NCBI RefSeq assembly: GCF_963921235.1
Contig: NC_086098.1
Coordinates: 154,256,001-154,320,000 of the forward strand
Direction of reading: 5' to 3'
DNA: 64,000 bases
DNA from: Mobula hypostoma
Taxonomy: Eukaryota
A program made the translations under genes and the position numbers. Below the pieces are notes generated by a model that was not told the origin of the DNA, made no database searches, and saw nothing but the letters and a program-made list of their open reading frames with translations. Below are positions 61,941-64,000 of the stretch, piece after piece; within the stretch, counting starts at the first letter, position 1; each line of letters starts with the position of its first letter.

Positions 61941-63158
61941 TGTTAACTAATGCTATTTTTATTAGTAACTACGCAATACAGTAATATATAACCAGGTAAA
62001 TCAAACAAGTTAGCAGAATTTATGCATATACAGGTGTGTAAATACAGAACCCAAACTTCTTCAAGCTTAGATGGTAAGTGATAAAGTCTTACGATGGAAT
62101 GTAAGATAGTTCAGTTCAATGCTCAGGTGAATTAATGTGAGATGTTTGTAATCCAAAAGGTGAATGTTGTGAGGAGGCAATTACGTCGATATTCCACAGA
62201 TTCGACGACAGCAATACAGATAACCATAGTAGTAGGTTTATCTCAGAAGTTGTTCCACTCCACACACGAAGTATCACCGACAGGGATCTTCAACGAATAT
62301 CCTTTCAGCACAAGTGGTACCACACCCGAATTCAGCTACGGGTCATCCCAAAGCGGTGGCCACAGGTAACTCAAACGGAATCCATGCGTGGGTTATCACC
62401 AACAGTAGTCTTATCACTGACGAACCATCTTCAAGTGGTAAAACTACCAACCCAGGCAAGGATTATCACACACAAGATTAGTTTCCACACAAGATTACCC
62501 CAAACACACAACTGTGATAGCGACTTATCCAGTTCCATGACATACGAAATAACTTCAACAGTGATTTGCCACAGGGGTGCCTCTCTTCAGTGAACTACCA
62601 CACCCAGAAAAAGGGTAGATACACACGTGGTATTCATAAAGGTTTTTCCCTCACCAGAGAACCCACTCCTGTGGATTAACTAAGTGATGATCACACTTTC
62701 GTAGTCGAATGGAAACAAAGTCACCCTCACGGGCTACTTAGAGAGAGAGTCAAAACAGTGACCTCTTTGTCACTAGGTTTCTTCTGTTTCAAACCTTCTC
62801 TCCTCTCTTCTCTTCCTGCAAACTTGTTCTAGTTGGAGAAAATTTGTGAGAGTCATTTATCAACACTCAGGATCGATCTCAACTCACCCCTTTTGAGCTA
62901 CTGAAAGTTTAAACCAGGACCTCACTCACTGGTGTCTTTCATTGATCGAATCCATCTTGACTCCGAGCATGTGTTTCTCTGTGTCTGTAACTGTCCTTGT
63001 AAAAAGTAAACACGCTGCAGAGAAATCATAACACGAGTTGGTCACCGTAGCAACCAAGCAATTTTGCAGAGAGTAGAAATTCACACAGAGCCCAAAAGTC
63101 AGTCTCAGTTCTCTCTGTCTCCTTAAAGTGACAGTCCAAACCCTAGGGGTACATAACA
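61941..63158 (-). mobile_element. Foreign solo LTR (1218 bp) inside the Gypsy pol
   Basis: TGTTA...TAACA termini; on the minus strand it starts tgttatgtacccc and has AATAAA about 20 nt before its end; flanks ttgc/gaag do not form a TSD. Confidence 0.75.
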
Positions 63159-64000
63159 GAAGGGGCCCTTTCCCTGCCTCCACACCGCTCTTACGGTTGC
63201 GCAATTGACCTTCTTCCCGGAGCCCCTCTACCCACCAGTCGGCTGTACAACTCGTCCCGGCCAGAAAGGGAGGCAATGGACGCTTACCTAAATGACTCTC
63301 TCGGGGCTGGCATTATCCAATCCTCATCTTCCCCTGTAGGCGCAGGTTTCTTCTTTGTGGGGAAGAGAGACGGCTCACTGCTTCCCTGCATTGCCTTCCG
63401 GGGCCTGAATAGCATCACCATAAAGAATACGTTTCCACTGCCCCTTATCAACTCTGCTTTCGAACCCCTTCATGGATTCAGCATTCTCTCTAAGTTGGAC
63501 CTACGAAATGTCTACCACCTGGTCAGGATAAGGGAGGGAGATGAGTGGAAAACAGCTTTTAACATCCCTCTTGGTCACTTCGAATACCCGGTCATGCCAT
63601 TCGGTCTCACCAATGCCTCCGCCGTCTTCCAAGTTCTGATAAACAATGTCCTTAGGGACTTTATTAACCGTTTCGTTTTTGTTTATTTGGACGACATCTT
63701 AATCTTCTCCCGCAGTCTTCAGGAATACATCCACCATGTCCGTCAGGTTCTGCAGAGGCTTTGGGAGAACAAACTATTTGTGAAGGCTGAGAAGTGCGAG
63801 TTTCATGTCCGTTCCGTCAGTTTCTTAGGGTACATCATTGAGACCGGGCAAGTGAGGACGGCCAAACCACGACACTCAAGCAACTCCAGCGATTTCTGGG
63901 GTTCGCAAACTTTTATCGGGATTACAGCCGGGTGGCAGCGCCCCTTACTCGACTCACCTCTCCTTTCGACCCCTTTTCACTGGGGCCCCGAAGCGGACTC
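63159..64000 (+). pseudogene. Gypsy reverse transcriptase (absent from the ORF track because it runs off the window)
   Basis: [18 protein letters not shown]...[14 protein letters not shown]...MPFGLTNA...[10 protein letters not shown] (YLDD at 63684-63695); deletion and frameshift after GQVRT. Confidence 0.9.

Larger units (their letters stand above)
60372..64000 (+). mobile_element. Sushi-like Ty3/Gypsy LTR retrotransposon (5' part), decayed
   Basis: LTR tgtcac...gcaaca (60372-60776, duplicated start at 60425); gag from ATG 60793; RT from 63159; runs off the window. Confidence 0.88.

Noticed and set aside
62926-63276. 116-aa minus-strand ORF
   Set aside because: It straddles the solo-LTR/RT junction antisense to RT and has no motifs.

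Overview
Repeat-rich vertebrate genomic DNA. The repeat spectrum (CR1, Rex1/Babar, fish-type L1, Penelope-like, Gmr1- and sushi-type Ty3/Gypsy) suggests a cartilaginous fish; this is an inference. No prokaryotic genes, RNA genes or CRISPR arrays were seen. Most ORF-track entries are decayed retroelement fragments. Hidden in the non-repetitive islands is a minus-strand, multi-exon immunoglobulin-superfamily receptor gene, with compatible splice phases: V(J)-type Ig exon, transmembrane exon, short cytoplasmic exon, and a last exon with two tyrosine motifs (SMYATL, VVYSHP). This architecture resembles the CD28/CTLA-4/PD-1/NKp30 group. Its V exon is split by a full-length L1 with both ORFs intact (46131-52039) and a perfect 16-bp target-site duplication; removing the L1 restores an open V domain. 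Also present are a young non-autonomous Gmr1-like LTR element with SCAN-type gag, a sushi-like Gypsy element whose protease region is replaced by a foreign solo LTR, Penelope-like inverted structures, R4/Dong-like LINE relics and TG..CA solo-LTR-like elements. Boundaries of decayed repeats are approximate. All translations and alignments were done by eye.
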